NCBI GenBank assembly: GCA_038255465.1
Contig: JBBSLJ010000005.1
Span: forward strand, 1 to 56,621
Direction: 5' to 3'
Length of the DNA: 56,621 nucleotides
From: Candidatus Saccharimonadales bacterium
GTDB taxonomy: Bacteria > Patescibacteriota > Saccharimonadia > Saccharimonadales > JACDFO01
Within the stretch, counting starts at the first letter, position 1; every line of letters begins with the position of its first letter. Below the pieces are notes generated by a model. The model was not told where the DNA came from, searched no databases, and was given only the letters and a program-made list of their open reading frames with translations. Below are positions 1 to 9,634 of this stretch, one piece after another. The position numbers were made by a program, and so were the translations under genes.

Positions 1-264
1 ACCAATAATTACTGCCGCATTGTCGTCAAACTTAATTGTTGAACCGTCCTTACGACGAATTTCTTTTTTTGTTCTAACTACAACCGCACGAACTACTGAC
101 TTCTTCTTAACATTTCCAGTTGGGCTGGCAAACTTGACTGTCGCAACAATAACATCACCGACGCCTGCATAACGACGGCGGGTACCGCCTAATACACGGA
201 TGCAAAGGATTTCTTTTGCACCGCTGTTATCGCAAACACTTAGACGTGATTCTTGTTGTATCAT
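1..264 (-). CDS. rplN: 50S ribosomal protein L14 (runs off the window start)
   Basis: Manual translation [27 protein letters not shown]...[19 protein letters not shown] overlaps the rpsQ stop (TAATG). Absent from the ORF track because no stop lies in the window. Confidence 0.97.
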   Translation of the reverse strand, partial: MIQQESRLSVCDNSGAKEILCIRVLGGTRRRYAGVGDVIVATVKFASPTGNVKKKSVVRAVVVRTKKEIRRKDGSTIKFDDNAAVIIG

Positions 265-572
265 TATGCCTTCTCCTTGGTGCCCAGAGCTTCTTCAACA
301 ACTGCTTTGTCGCCATCAGCCGTGTGGCGGATTGGTGCTCGCTCGATGATTTTTACCAGCGTAAAGCGCTTACGAGCACTAAGCGGCTTTGTTTCGGCAA
401 TCAAAACTTTATCGCCAGCTTGGGCGTCATTAGTCTCATCATGTGCCATGAATTTCTTACTAAATGTGTATTGTTTTTTGTAAATCGGGTGCGTCTTACG
501 AGTAGCAACAGTAACAACTATTGTCTTGTCGCCTTTGTCAGAAGACACAACACCGGTAAGTGTTTTAGCCAT
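264..572 (-). CDS. rpsQ: 30S ribosomal protein S17
   Basis: [16 protein letters not shown]...AHDE...[13 protein letters not shown]; canonical S10-operon position. Confidence 0.97.
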   Translation of the reverse strand: MAKTLTGVVSSDKGDKTIVVTVATRKTHPIYKKQYTFSKKFMAHDETNDAQAGDKVLIAETKPLSARKRFTLVKIIERAPIRHTADGDKAVVEEALGTKEKA

Positions 573-772
573 TACATGTTCTCCTTCGCTAGCTGCTCGC
601 TAAGTACTGTCAGCATGCGTGCTAGGTCTTTACGTTTATTACGGATACTTCTGACATTCTGCATTTCACCTAGGTGTAAACGACGCCTCAGCTCGGCAAT
701 TTCATCACGCAAGCGAGTTGTTTCTACCGTTAAATCAGAAGTTGGTAATTTACGGATTTCAGCGATTTTCAT
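572..772 (-). CDS. rpmC: 50S ribosomal protein L29
   Basis: 66 aa, EIRKL...IRNKRKDLARMLT; lies between rplP and rpsQ. Confidence 0.95.
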   Translation of the reverse strand: MKIAEIRKLPTSDLTVETTRLRDEIAELRRRLHLGEMQNVRSIRNKRKDLARMLTVLSEQLAKENM

Positions 773-773
773 A

Positions 774-1187
774 TTACGCGTCCTCCTTGGTCAAAAACTT
801 AGTCTTAACAGGTAACTTGTGTGCTGCTAAACGCATCGCTTCGCGTGCAACTTCTTCAGTAACACCCTGCATTTCAAACATAATTGTGCCAGGACGAACC
901 TTAGCTGCAAAAAATTCAGGGCTGCCCTTACCGCTACCCATTTTGGTTCCAAGAGCTTTGCGAGTGACTGGAGTATGCGGGAAAATACGGATCCAGATTT
1001 TACCGCCACGTTTTACATAACGCGTCATCGCTTGTCGAGCTGACTCAATCTGTCGTGATGTAATACGATCTTGACCAAGTGCCTGCAATCCATAATCACC
1101 GAAAGCAATGTAGTTGCCGCTAGTGGCTGGCCCGCGAATTTTGCCCTTAAATACGCGGCGGTGTTTTTGTCGTTTTGGAAGTAACAT
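774..1187 (-). CDS. rplP: 50S ribosomal protein L16
   Basis: [11 protein letters not shown]...KIWIRIFP...MGSGKG. Start moved to ATG 1187 because the longer track ORF overlaps rpsC. Confidence 0.97.
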   Translation of the reverse strand: MLLPKRQKHRRVFKGKIRGPATSGNYIAFGDYGLQALGQDRITSRQIESARQAMTRYVKRGGKIWIRIFPHTPVTRKALGTKMGSGKGSPEFFAAKVRPGTIMFEMQGVTEEVAREAMRLAAHKLPVKTKFLTKEDA

Positions 1188-1188
1188 A

Positions 1189-1821
1189 TTAGTTCGCCTC
1201 TCCCTTGTAGATCCAAACCTTGATGCCGATAATTCCAGAACCTGGATACTTAGCGCGGGCATTATGATAATCAATGTCAGCACGGATAGTGTGCAAAGGT
1301 ACTGAGCCTTCAACGGTTTTTTCACGACGTGACATTTCAGCGCCGCCTAAACGACCGGCAAGTTCGATACGAACACCTTTTGCACCTGCACGCATAGTTG
1401 CAGCAGCAGATGATTTCATAGCACGACGGAATGCAATACGGCGCTCTAGTTGGTGTGCAATATTTTCGGCAACTAGTTTAGCGTACAGTTCGGCCTTTTT
1501 GACTTCTTCGATATTAACGCGAGCTGGGCTTTTATAAATTCGTTCTATATCAGCTTTGAGTTCTTGTACGCCAGCACCGCCACGGCCAATCACGACACCA
1601 GCTTTGGCGGTCGCGATGGTGATTGATACTAAGTTTGGTGAACGTTCAATATCAACCCTGTTGATAGCTGCACGGTTTCCAAGCTTGTTGATTATTAAGC
1701 GACGTACTTCAAGATCCTGTTTGAGCATGGCGGCATAGTCCCGCTTGTTTGCGAACCACTTGCTACGCCAGTTCTTATTGACCTGGAGTCGCATACTAAT
1801 AGGATTAACTTTTTGGCCCAT
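1189..1821 (-). CDS. rpsC: 30S ribosomal protein S3
   Basis: MGQKVNP...[10 protein letters not shown]...[10 protein letters not shown]...[12 protein letters not shown]. Confidence 0.98.
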   Translation of the reverse strand: MGQKVNPISMRLQVNKNWRSKWFANKRDYAAMLKQDLEVRRLIINKLGNRAAINRVDIERSPNLVSITIATAKAGVVIGRGGAGVQELKADIERIYKSPARVNIEEVKKAELYAKLVAENIAHQLERRIAFRRAMKSSAAATMRAGAKGVRIELAGRLGGAEMSRREKTVEGSVPLHTIRADIDYHNARAKYPGSGIIGIKVWIYKGEAN

Positions 1822-2216
1822 TATTTTGCCTCCTTTATGGCGTCTGGTTTTGCAGTCTGCACAGCTGCTTTCTTAGGGGCACGTACTTCTCCATCAACTA
1901 CAACAAAAATGTTTGATGTACGACGCTGGAATGGCAAAGCACGACCATGAGCAGCTGGACGGAAACGTTTGAAGCGTGGACCAGGGCTGACCTGAATTGA
2001 GACGATCTGTAGCGTTTCCGGCTTTAGACTATGATTATGATCTGCATTTGCACGGGCGGATTCGATAACTTTAATAACCGGTCCTGCAGCACGCCTAGGC
2101 GTGTGACTTAAAATAGTAAGCGCATCGCTAACGGTACGGTTTCGAACAAGCGAAGCCACCACGCTAACTTTGCGCGGGCTCATGTGAACACTTTTGGCGA
2201 TTGCTTTAACTGGCAT
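1821..2216 (-). CDS. rplV: 50S ribosomal protein L22
   Basis: SPRKVSVVASLVR...SARANA...GPRFKRFRPAAHGRA. Confidence 0.97.
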   Translation of the reverse strand: MPVKAIAKSVHMSPRKVSVVASLVRNRTVSDALTILSHTPRRAAGPVIKVIESARANADHNHSLKPETLQIVSIQVSPGPRFKRFRPAAHGRALPFQRRTSNIFVVVDGEVRAPKKAAVQTAKPDAIKEAK

Positions 2217-2219
2217 TGC

Positions 2220-2492
2220 TTATTTCCCCTTCGCTAACTTGCCGCCATGTTTGCGGAACTTACGTGTCGGACTAAATTCACCGAGCTTATGACCGACCAT
2301 ATTTTCAGTAACAAAAACTGGTACATGGACTTTGCCATTGTGAACAGCGATCGTGCGGCCTACAAAATCTGGTGAAATAGTACAAGCACGAGCCCATGTT
2401 TTGATAATCGTCCGGTCATCGGAACCAAGCGCTGCAACTTTCTTAGCAAGCTTAGGATCAATGAACGGGCCTTTTTTAAGTGATCTACTCAT
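2220..2492 (-). CDS. rpsS: 30S ribosomal protein S19
   Basis: [10 protein letters not shown]...IKTWAR...[13 protein letters not shown]. Confidence 0.98.
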   Translation of the reverse strand: MSRSLKKGPFIDPKLAKKVAALGSDDRTIIKTWARACTISPDFVGRTIAVHNGKVHVPVFVTENMVGHKLGEFSPTRKFRKHGGKLAKGK

Positions 2493-2494
2493 AA

Positions 2495-3349
2495 TTATTT
2501 CCTTTTCGCCGCATGGCGGGACTTAAGTATAAATCTGTTATCAGCTTTGCGGCTGCGTGTCTTGTAACCAAGTGTCTTCTGGCCCCAAGGTGTCTTAGGT
2601 GCTGTACCGTGGTTCTTGCCACCACCAATACCGTGACGGCCACCGTCACCACCACCGTGTGGGTGGTCAGCTGCATTCATTACTACACCGCGTACAGAAG
2701 GGCGTTTGCCTTTAAGGCGATTACGGCCAGCCTTACCGGTTTTAATGTTCTGATGTTGTTCGTTGCCAACAACTCCGATACTTGCGGTACATTCGACATG
2801 CACCAAACGGACCTCACCACTAGGCAATTTTACTTGTGCATAATTACCTTCTTTGGCCATTAGCTGGGCGCTATTGCCAGCCGAACGGGCAAGTTGAGCG
2901 CCTCTTCCGGGCTGCAGCTCGATAGCATGCATAACACTACCGACAGGTATTTGCTTTAGCTTCAAACGGTTTCCATTTTCAATCGGAGCTTCTTCGCCGC
3001 TAACTATTTTTTGACCTTGCTTCATGTTGTTTGATGCGAGGATGTAATGATACACATTATTCTGATCTTTAATACGTGCGATACGGGCACTGCGACCCGG
3101 ATCGTATTCAATGTGCTCGATCACGGCAGTAGTACCTGCGGGCAGGTTAAAGTTAACCAAGCGGTAAAACTGCTTTACGCCGCCACCTTGGTGACGAGTT
3201 GTAATGCGACCTTGATTATTACGGCCGGACTTTTCTTTCTTAACAACAAGCAGGCTTTTAACAGGCTTTTTAGTCGTAATTTTGCTCATATCCTGAGACG
3301 TCATGTTACGGCGGCCCGGAGTGGTAGGTTTATAAGCTTTAATAGCCAT
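2495..3349 (-). CDS. rplB: 50S ribosomal protein L2
   Basis: YKPTTPGRR...[16 protein letters not shown]...EYDPGRSA...[19 protein letters not shown]. Confidence 0.98.
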   Translation of the reverse strand: MAIKAYKPTTPGRRNMTSQDMSKITTKKPVKSLLVVKKEKSGRNNQGRITTRHQGGGVKQFYRLVNFNLPAGTTAVIEHIEYDPGRSARIARIKDQNNVYHYILASNNMKQGQKIVSGEEAPIENGNRLKLKQIPVGSVMHAIELQPGRGAQLARSAGNSAQLMAKEGNYAQVKLPSGEVRLVHVECTASIGVVGNEQHQNIKTGKAGRNRLKGKRPSVRGVVMNAADHPHGGGDGGRHGIGGGKNHGTAPKTPWGQKTLGYKTRSRKADNRFILKSRHAAKRK

Positions 3350-3693
3350 TATTTCTTACCTTTCTTAGCGACAGGCTTGTCGTTCTGTTTTTCATCTTCG
3401 GCTGCAAAAATAGGAATGGTTTGGCCAGCCTTAACGGTTACATATGCTTTTTTAAAATCAGAGCGTTTGCCCAAAGTAGCTCGACCACCGCGTCGAACGG
3501 TCCGTTTTTGCTTGCCTTTGACATTCATGATGTTAACGCTTAACACGCTGACCGCAAATTGTACTTTAACAGCTTCTACTATTTCAAGCTTGCCAGCAGT
3601 TGTCGGAACTTCAAATACGTAGACGTTTTTAACTTGTGATTGGCCATAGGCTTTTTCACTTATACGTGGCTTTAACAGCATCGAATTACTCAT
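3349..3693 (-). CDS. rplW: 50S ribosomal protein L23
   Basis: KPRISEKA...YVFEV...KKAYVT. Confidence 0.95.
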   Translation of the reverse strand: MSNSMLLKPRISEKAYGQSQVKNVYVFEVPTTAGKLEIVEAVKVQFAVSVLSVNIMNVKGKQKRTVRRGGRATLGKRSDFKKAYVTVKAGQTIPIFAAEDEKQNDKPVAKKGKK

Positions 3694-4331
3694 TACTTAT
3701 CTCCCTTAAGCCATGCGGTTACAGCTGTTAGGGCTTCAGAAGTAATAACGATATGATCTGCATTTAACACGTCGTAAACATTTACATAAGTAGCTGCAAC
3801 TATCTTAACTTTGCTCAGATTATTGGTTGCGCGGACGACATCATCGGTCTTTGACCCTACAACAATTAATGTATTCTTGGTGGTGCCTAACTTGTCAAGT
3901 AGCTGTACGGCGCTGGCTGTTTTGCCATCGTTGAGCTCAAAACTCTCGATAACTACTATTTTGCCGGCTTCACTGGCTAGACTTAATGCCTGACGAATAG
4001 CGAGGCGCTTTGTCTGAGTCGGAAGTTTTTTGGTGTAGTTTTCTTCGCCAGTCGGTCCGAAGACAATTCCACCGCCACGCCAGATTGGGTTTCTACTAGA
4101 ACCAAAACGGGCGCGACCAGTACCTTTTTGTTTCCATGGCTTACGGCCACCACCGCTAACAAGTCCACGAGTTTTAGTAGTTGCACCTGCTGAGCGGGCA
4201 TTAGACAGGTAAGCGACGTATGCTTGCTTTAGCAATTCGTGGCTTTTTACTTCAACTGCAAATACAGTTTTATCTAATTTAGCAGGTGTAGTTGCCTTAC
4301 CACCGGTCTTAGTAAAGGTTAAAACAGCCAT
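3693..4331 (-). CDS. rplD: 50S ribosomal protein L4
   Basis: TKTRGLVSGGGRKPWKQKGTGRAR...WRGGGIVFGP. Confidence 0.98.
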   Translation of the reverse strand: MAVLTFTKTGGKATTPAKLDKTVFAVEVKSHELLKQAYVAYLSNARSAGATTKTRGLVSGGGRKPWKQKGTGRARFGSSRNPIWRGGGIVFGPTGEENYTKKLPTQTKRLAIRQALSLASEAGKIVVIESFELNDGKTASAVQLLDKLGTTKNTLIVVGSKTDDVVRATNNLSKVKIVAATYVNVYDVLNADHIVITSEALTAVTAWLKGDK

Positions 4332-4945
4332 TATTTAGCCTCCTTTATTAAGACGATACCTTTTTTAGGCCCCGGAACTGCTCCGGTTACGCCAATAACA
4401 CCGAGATCAGTGTCAATTAATGCTACTTTAAGATTTTGAACAGTTACTTGCTCATTGCCCATTTGACCAGCCATTTTCTTGCCTTTAAAAATATGCTGCG
4501 GGTACATTGAGCCAATTGAACCAGGCTTGCGGGTGTTCCCCTTACCACCATGAGTCTTACGCTGGCGATGAAAGTTATGCCGTTTGATCGTTCCAGCCCA
4601 GCCCTTACCCTTAGAGGTGGCTGTGACTGAAATAACATCTCCAACAGTAAAAACGTCGGCCGAGATAGTCTCGCCGACAGTTATGCTTTCATCCAGTTCC
4701 GTAATACGAAATTCACGTACTACTTTTGGCTGGACCTTAGCTGCCTTAAAATGGCCAGCTTGGGCTTTACCCATTTGCTTGGCCGTCTCAAATCCGAGCT
4801 GTACGGCTGTGTAGCCATCAGTCTCGTTTGTCTTCACTTGCGTAATAACGCAAGGACTAGCGGAAAGCAAAGTAACTGCACGAACAACACCATCTTCAGC
4901 GATAGTGCTCGTCATGCCTACCTTTCTTGTGATCAGAGCTTTCAT
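4331..4945 (-). CDS. rplC: 50S ribosomal protein L3
   Basis: MKALITRKVGMT...SKGKGWAGTIKRHNF...GKKMAGQMG. Start set at ATG 4945, behind an AAGGAG Shine-Dalgarno (SD) site. Confidence 0.97.
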   Translation of the reverse strand: MKALITRKVGMTSTIAEDGVVRAVTLLSASPCVITQVKTNETDGYTAVQLGFETAKQMGKAQAGHFKAAKVQPKVVREFRITELDESITVGETISADVFTVGDVISVTATSKGKGWAGTIKRHNFHRQRKTHGGKGNTRKPGSIGSMYPQHIFKGKKMAGQMGNEQVTVQNLKVALIDTDLGVIGVTGAVPGPKKGIVLIKEAK

Positions 4946-5057
4946 AGTTCTCCTTAAAGGCACAGATATTAATATACTTGGCTCCCACGGTTTCTACCTC
5001 TGTAGACCTGCTAGGTTACCAAGTTATTTTTGTGCTCGGCTTTTTATATACCGAAAC

Positions 5058-5087
5058 AGATTACCAGAGAACTGGTACCTCTGTCAA
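5058..5087 (-). promoter_or_regulatory. sigma70-type promoter for the rplC-rplN block
   Basis: TTGACA-N18-TAATCT with a TG extended -10, about 110 nt upstream of rplC. Confidence 0.65.
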
Positions 5088-5108
5088 GCTGTTGTTCATT
5101 CTACAAAA

Positions 5109-5360
5109 CTATTCTGTAGGTGTTTGTACGTTAACGTTTGGATCTGGTACATTCACATTTGGCGTGGGAACATCAACATTTACGTCAGTCTGGTCGCCAC
5201 CGCCTGCAAATGGGTTGCCAAAGTAAAAGAATAAAACAACCAGCAGGGCGATAATGGCAAGCGCGATAAGTCCCGCATTACTTTGACCACCTTCTTTTAC
5301 CACTACGGTGTCTCGTGGACGTTCTTCAACTGTTTCAACGCGTCGTATTTCTTCTGCCAT
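5109..5360 (-). CDS. small single-pass membrane protein with a (N/D)VNV-x-x-P repeat tail
   Basis: 83 aa, AGGAG SD, hydrophobic GLIALAIIALLVVLFFYFG followed by three VNV..P units. Confidence 0.75.
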   Translation of the reverse strand: MAEEIRRVETVEERPRDTVVVKEGGQSNAGLIALAIIALLVVLFFYFGNPFAGGGDQTDVNVDVPTPNVNVPDPNVNVQTPTE

Positions 5361-5430
5361 AACTCTAACTCCTATTTACTAGCAGCAACAATACTGAAAC
5401 ATGGATATTACTGCTGTTAAATAATTCGCG

Positions 5431-5700
5431 TTAGCGGATAAATAAACCTATCTGCGCCCAGAAACCAATAATCATTGCTATCAGCAGTACGGCGTATTCA
5501 ATTTTGCGATCAATTTGAAATCGTTCATGACGTACAAAAAATAGACCTATTAGCAGCCCTATCGGGATCGGGATATAGGTGAGTTTGTTTGTGCCTTCTA
5601 TCCAAAGCCATTGAGAGCCTATGATTGTATAAAGAACCAGTTTTAAAACATATGAACCGTCAGATTCATGTGTAGTTTTTTTCGTTTTTTTCTTGACCAT
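5431..5700 (-). CDS. small membrane protein (about 3 TM segments)
   Basis: 89 aa, basic N-terminus then three hydrophobic stretches. Confidence 0.7.
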   Translation of the reverse strand: MVKKKTKKTTHESDGSYVLKLVLYTIIGSQWLWIEGTNKLTYIPIPIGLLIGLFFVRHERFQIDRKIEYAVLLIAMIIGFWAQIGLFIR

Positions 5701-5791
5701 TTATATATAAAGCATAAGTGTTTAGCGATTAATGTCAATTAACTCATGCCTAAAGATAATTTAAGTTATGAGATTTATTTAGTGTTGCAGG

Positions 5792-6691
5792 CTATTTTTT
5801 ATCAGCATTAGCAACTGCCTTATACATGTCTATTCTAAAACCGCCAGCCAGGCAATAAGGCAAAAGTTTATTTCCAAGGTCGGGTTGGGACTGTAGCCTA
5901 TGCCACTCAACGACACGCAAATAATCTCTGAACCCAACTACATCCCGCCACTCTGATCGAAGTTTACCAGTAGCGAATCTGGGCGCCCCGGCTGAAATTC
6001 GGAATTCATGAGTTAGAACCGAAAGGTACACATAAAAGGCAAAGCACGCTACTAAAAATACCGGTACCAACATAAGTGAAAAAACGAACGAATCAAGTCC
6101 ACTATATGTTTCAGCTTTTGTGATGTATTTATCTGTAGCTATAAATAAAAAGTACCAAGTAATAATTAGACTGACTGTACCCTTAACAAATCTATCGACA
6201 AACGGCTCTGATTTGGCGTTATCAGTTAGATAGCCCTTGACAATGAGTTGCATTACAACTGATCTTTCGTATTGCCAACGGGTACCTGCCTCTCTGCTAA
6301 AGACAGAGCGCATTTCTTTCCAGCTTCTCGCGCCACCTTCACTATATGTTATATGACCTATTAACACAGCTTCGCAGTCATCCATTTTATTGTTATTAGG
6401 CCGTTCCCTTTCTGCTGAAATAATCAGATCGTTATCAAAAGCTTGTGATTTTGCAGTAAGTGTAAGAATTTTACGTTGCACTAAACCGACAATCGTACCC
6501 ATCATTTCATTTCTGCCGAACTTCCGATCAAAAATATAGCCAAATTCTGCTGGTGTTAAATTATGCGGAGTAGAAAATTGCGTGACAATCGTTTGTTTTG
6601 CATGCCAGTGAGCTTGTACTCTGAGCAAAGACAGTCTTGAAAACAAAACGACGGCCAGCCATATTAGAAAAAGAATTATAAGCAACAGCAT
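5792..6691 (-). CDS. DUF2207-like predicted membrane protein
   Basis: PxxLTPAEFGYIFD...MGTIVGLVQRKIL and W....GFRDYL...LLPYCLAGG patterns recalled for DUF2207; N-terminal and central TM segments. Confidence 0.6.
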   Translation of the reverse strand: MLLLIILFLIWLAVVLFSRLSLLRVQAHWHAKQTIVTQFSTPHNLTPAEFGYIFDRKFGRNEMMGTIVGLVQRKILTLTAKSQAFDNDLIISAERERPNNNKMDDCEAVLIGHITYSEGGARSWKEMRSVFSREAGTRWQYERSVVMQLIVKGYLTDNAKSEPFVDRFVKGTVSLIITWYFLFIATDKYITKAETYSGLDSFVFSLMLVPVFLVACFAFYVYLSVLTHEFRISAGAPRFATGKLRSEWRDVVGFRDYLRVVEWHRLQSQPDLGNKLLPYCLAGGFRIDMYKAVANADKK

Positions 6692-6928
6692 GATTCTAAT
6701 GCTAATTGTACCAGTCTAATCAGCTATGCTAATAAACAATGTAGCTTTTCCAGTCTAATTGTTTTCGCGGATTTTTATTACCTTTAAATAGTACCTTTAG
6801 CATGGCCCGTCCCCTTACCTTATTACCTACAAGTATAAAGCGTGCAAGTGACTTTGTCACGCTATAGGTGGTGTAGTTTTTGCACCAATACCCCTAGATG
6901 TAGTGTTTGGCGAGAACTGTTAATGCCC

Positions 6929-7759
6929 TTACTTTTCATCTTTCATTACTTTGGTTACTAAATACTTTGCGGCATTGCCAGGCAGCGCTATGTATCCGTT
7001 TAGTGATAGTGGCGTTTCTTCAATTTTGTGATAACGCCTAAAGAATTTGTCCAGTACATCATGCGACTTTAATGATTGATCTTGGTTAGATGGATCGTTA
7101 TACCAGTAGGCATTTTTTACCGCGAGTAGTGTTAGCCTGCACGCCAGCTCAGCTATAAATCCTGGGTTTTCTGCGTGTTCCTGTACAAAATCGAGTGCAT
7201 TCCAAGTATGCCCCTCAGCACCAAACGGAGCAAGTTTTAAGGTAGTGTCGTTTAAAAGTATCTCTAGTCCCCATCTTTCGGTATAGTCCGGTTCAAAGAC
7301 TATACTTACTTCTGGTATTAGTTGGTTTTTTGCTTGTGGGATATCTGGCACTTCAGGGTCCGGCTGCGGGGTACTATGCCGAACGTGCCTGGACGAAAAT
7401 TTTGAAGACTCGTCTGTTCTTGAAGTTTCAGGTTCGTTATCGATGTAAGTAACATGGTTGCCAATTTTTATTTGATTATTGCCAGTTAACCGTCGCCCGT
7501 CTGACGACTCATATAAAAGCAAACCGTGTAGCCGTGACGGCACTTCTTGACCATCTATTTCGTCATGAGTTGCTAGATACCAGGTATTTTCTTGTTCAAT
7601 GCCGTATGTTTCAAGTAGCCATTGGCAAAAGTGAAACGAAAAAAGTGCTGTATCACGCTGTTCAGCCTTATCGAAATCCCAGCAAATCAAAAGTCCTTCA
7701 GCATAGTCATATACCTCTTGATCGGTAATTTGTTTTGGACCTAGTTCAGGGCGTGGCAT
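6929..7759 (-). CDS. hypothetical protein (276 aa)
   Basis: Long ORF with its own promoter at 7832-7860; no family recognised. Confidence 0.7.
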   Translation of the reverse strand: MPRPELGPKQITDQEVYDYAEGLLICWDFDKAEQRDTALFSFHFCQWLLETYGIEQENTWYLATHDEIDGQEVPSRLHGLLLYESSDGRRLTGNNQIKIGNHVTYIDNEPETSRTDESSKFSSRHVRHSTPQPDPEVPDIPQAKNQLIPEVSIVFEPDYTERWGLEILLNDTTLKLAPFGAEGHTWNALDFVQEHAENPGFIAELACRLTLLAVKNAYWYNDPSNQDQSLKSHDVLDKFFRRYHKIEETPLSLNGYIALPGNAAKYLVTKVMKDEK

Positions 7760-7831
7760 TATCTCTCTTTTCAGTTGGCAGTTTTATAAAACACTACTAA
7801 CGATCCACTCATATAGTCTACAGAAAGTATA

Positions 7832-7860
7832 AGTCTAATGAATCGACTAATCGGTTGCAA
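7832..7860 (-). promoter_or_regulatory. sigma70-type promoter for the 276-aa ORF
   Basis: TTGCAA-N17-TAGACT. Confidence 0.5.
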
Positions 7861-7870
7861 GCACAAGTAT

Positions 7871-8860
7871 TTACTGAATTGTGACGGTGCCGTCTGGAGG
7901 TAGTACTGAAATCCAAGTATCACCGCGGTTTAAAGCGGTCTCTGTGTTATCACTATTGGTAAATCTGATTCGAGAACGGTAATCTTTTTGTTCCCATTTA
8001 ATCTCAGTGGCAATACCATCCTTATAGAGTGTTGCAACTCCGCTACCTAGCGAACCACCTTGTATATCTTTCTTAATTGTAATCAGATTTTTTACACTAA
8101 TTTGTTTATTTGTATTAGCGTCTATGTGCGGTGCACCGGCAAGTGAGCGTACGTAGCTGTTAGTGGTTGCGTCATAGGTAAATAGCGCGTCAAACAGTGC
8201 GTAAGAGAACCGTATATTGATATTGACAGGTTTCGGCATGGTGCTTGGAGCTTCGTCGCTTCGGGGAATTTCGGCAAACTTTGCGGTTTTATGGCCAGAT
8301 TTTTCTTGCAGAGCGACTAGGTTAACAGTCTTAGCATACGCATCATGAGGCGCCTCGCGTTCTGGGTTTCGGTAGTATGCGTCGGCATTGAAGAACTCGT
8401 TCATTGTTTTACCGTTACGTTCCTCAAGCATGCCTAGAGCTGGCTCGCTACCGCCGACATGGGCAATAGATGCGTCAAAACCCATAGCCCAGTCCACGTA
8501 TGCGGGCCGAACGCTTCGAACTGGGCCAACAACCTCCGGCTTTTGTTCCTGAAATAACAATAAGTATCGAGTAATTCCGGCTTCTGTAACTGTTTCAAAC
8601 ACGATTCCAGCGCTATCTAAACCAGATTGCGGTCGTGCTTCTTCGGAATTTTCAATCATTACGCCTAAAATTGGCAGTTCAGATTCATCTTTTTTAACCT
8701 CAACTCCTGTCAGTTGTGAATAGTACTTTTTATTTGGTTGCGTAATTTCTTCTACGACTTCCTTACTACGTGTTAGTAAGAAAGCTGCAGCACCGGCCAC
8801 AACAAGCAGTACTAATAAGAAAATAATTTTCTTCCGTTTTGTAAGATTAAATTTTTTCAT
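7871..8860 (-). CDS. DUF3048 (YerB-like) membrane-anchored protein
   Basis: N-terminal TM; VMIENSEEARPQSGL...EAGITRY...GPVRSVR...AHVGGS. Confidence 0.85.
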   Translation of the reverse strand: MKKFNLTKRKKIIFLLVLLVVAGAAAFLLTRSKEVVEEITQPNKKYYSQLTGVEVKKDESELPILGVMIENSEEARPQSGLDSAGIVFETVTEAGITRYLLLFQEQKPEVVGPVRSVRPAYVDWAMGFDASIAHVGGSEPALGMLEERNGKTMNEFFNADAYYRNPEREAPHDAYAKTVNLVALQEKSGHKTAKFAEIPRSDEAPSTMPKPVNINIRFSYALFDALFTYDATTNSYVRSLAGAPHIDANTNKQISVKNLITIKKDIQGGSLGSGVATLYKDGIATEIKWEQKDYRSRIRFTNSDNTETALNRGDTWISVLPPDGTVTIQ

Positions 8861-8915
8861 ACCTACTAGTTAAACCCGTAAGCCGGATTTGATCAAGCAT
8901 GAGCAGCTATTATTG

Positions 8916-8948
8916 AAAAATAACCCGGATTCATGCCGGGTTATTTTT
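8916..8948 (-). terminator. intrinsic terminator downstream of rpsJ (possibly bidirectional)
   Basis: AAAAATAACCCGG-7 nt loop-CCGGGTTATTTTT, a perfect 13-bp inverted repeat. Confidence 0.8.
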
Positions 8949-9038
8949 ATCCTTATTCAGGAAAGAGCAGCCAGACAAAATGTTATTTCATTTTGTCTGA
9001 GCGATGAGAGAACCTATCTCGGTTCTCTCATTACTGCT

Positions 9039-9398
9039 CTACATCTTAATTTCAGCGTCGCAGCCGGCTGGAAGACTCAGGTTCATGAGAGAATCAATTG
9101 TTTTTGGCGTTGGGTCAAAAACGTCAATTAAACGCTTATGTACGCGCATTTCAAACTGCTCACGCCCTTTTTTGTATACATGGGGGCTTTTGACGACAGT
9201 ATAAAGCGTTTTTTTAGTTGGAAGCGGAATTGGTCCGGCCACCGTTGCACCGGTGCGCAGTGCGGTGTCAATTATCTGCTTCGCTGATTGATCAATTACT
9301 TTGTGATCGTATGCTTTTAAGCGAATACGAATTCGCTGTTTTGTACTTGCAACAGGCGTCTCTACTTTTTTGGCGGCAGTCTTTTTGGCTTCAGCCAT
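9039..9398 (-). CDS. rpsJ: 30S ribosomal protein S10 (N-terminal extension)
   Basis: [19 protein letters not shown]...GPIPLPT...[20 protein letters not shown]; AAGGAG SD. Confidence 0.98.
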   Translation of the reverse strand: MAEAKKTAAKKVETPVASTKQRIRIRLKAYDHKVIDQSAKQIIDTALRTGATVAGPIPLPTKKTLYTVVKSPHVYKKGREQFEMRVHKRLIDVFDPTPKTIDSLMNLSLPAGCDAEIKM

Positions 9399-9581
9399 TT
9401 TGGGTGCTCCTTCCAGGGCATTGGTAGTTAGTCTTTGGTATATCGTATTTGGTAATTACCGAATACTTCGTACTGAATACTAACTACCGCGTTGTAGCGT
9501 AACCTCTTCCGGAGTTATGAGTGACCGGACGAGTTCTCACTACGATTAATTTATACAGCTGATTGTATAACATTTACCGCC

Positions 9582-9615
9582 AAAAGAAAAGAGCTCTGAT
9601 TTTGCAGAGCTCTTT
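9582..9615 (-). terminator. intrinsic terminator after tuf
   Basis: AAAGAGCTCTG-6 nt loop-CAGAGCTCTTT followed by TTCTTTT on the minus strand. Confidence 0.8.
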
Positions 9616-9634
9616 CACTTTTTGTTACTTGAGA

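Noticed and set aside
2560-2660. Short Gly-rich insertion in L2 and Lys/Ala-rich tails on S17, L22, L23 and S10
   Set aside because: Such extensions are common in ribosomal proteins, and nothing specific can be inferred.
6711-6759. 10-bp direct repeat CCAGTCTAAT occurring twice, plus a nearby hairpin at about 6840-6862
   Set aside because: Only two copies in AT-rich intergenic DNA, with no further support.
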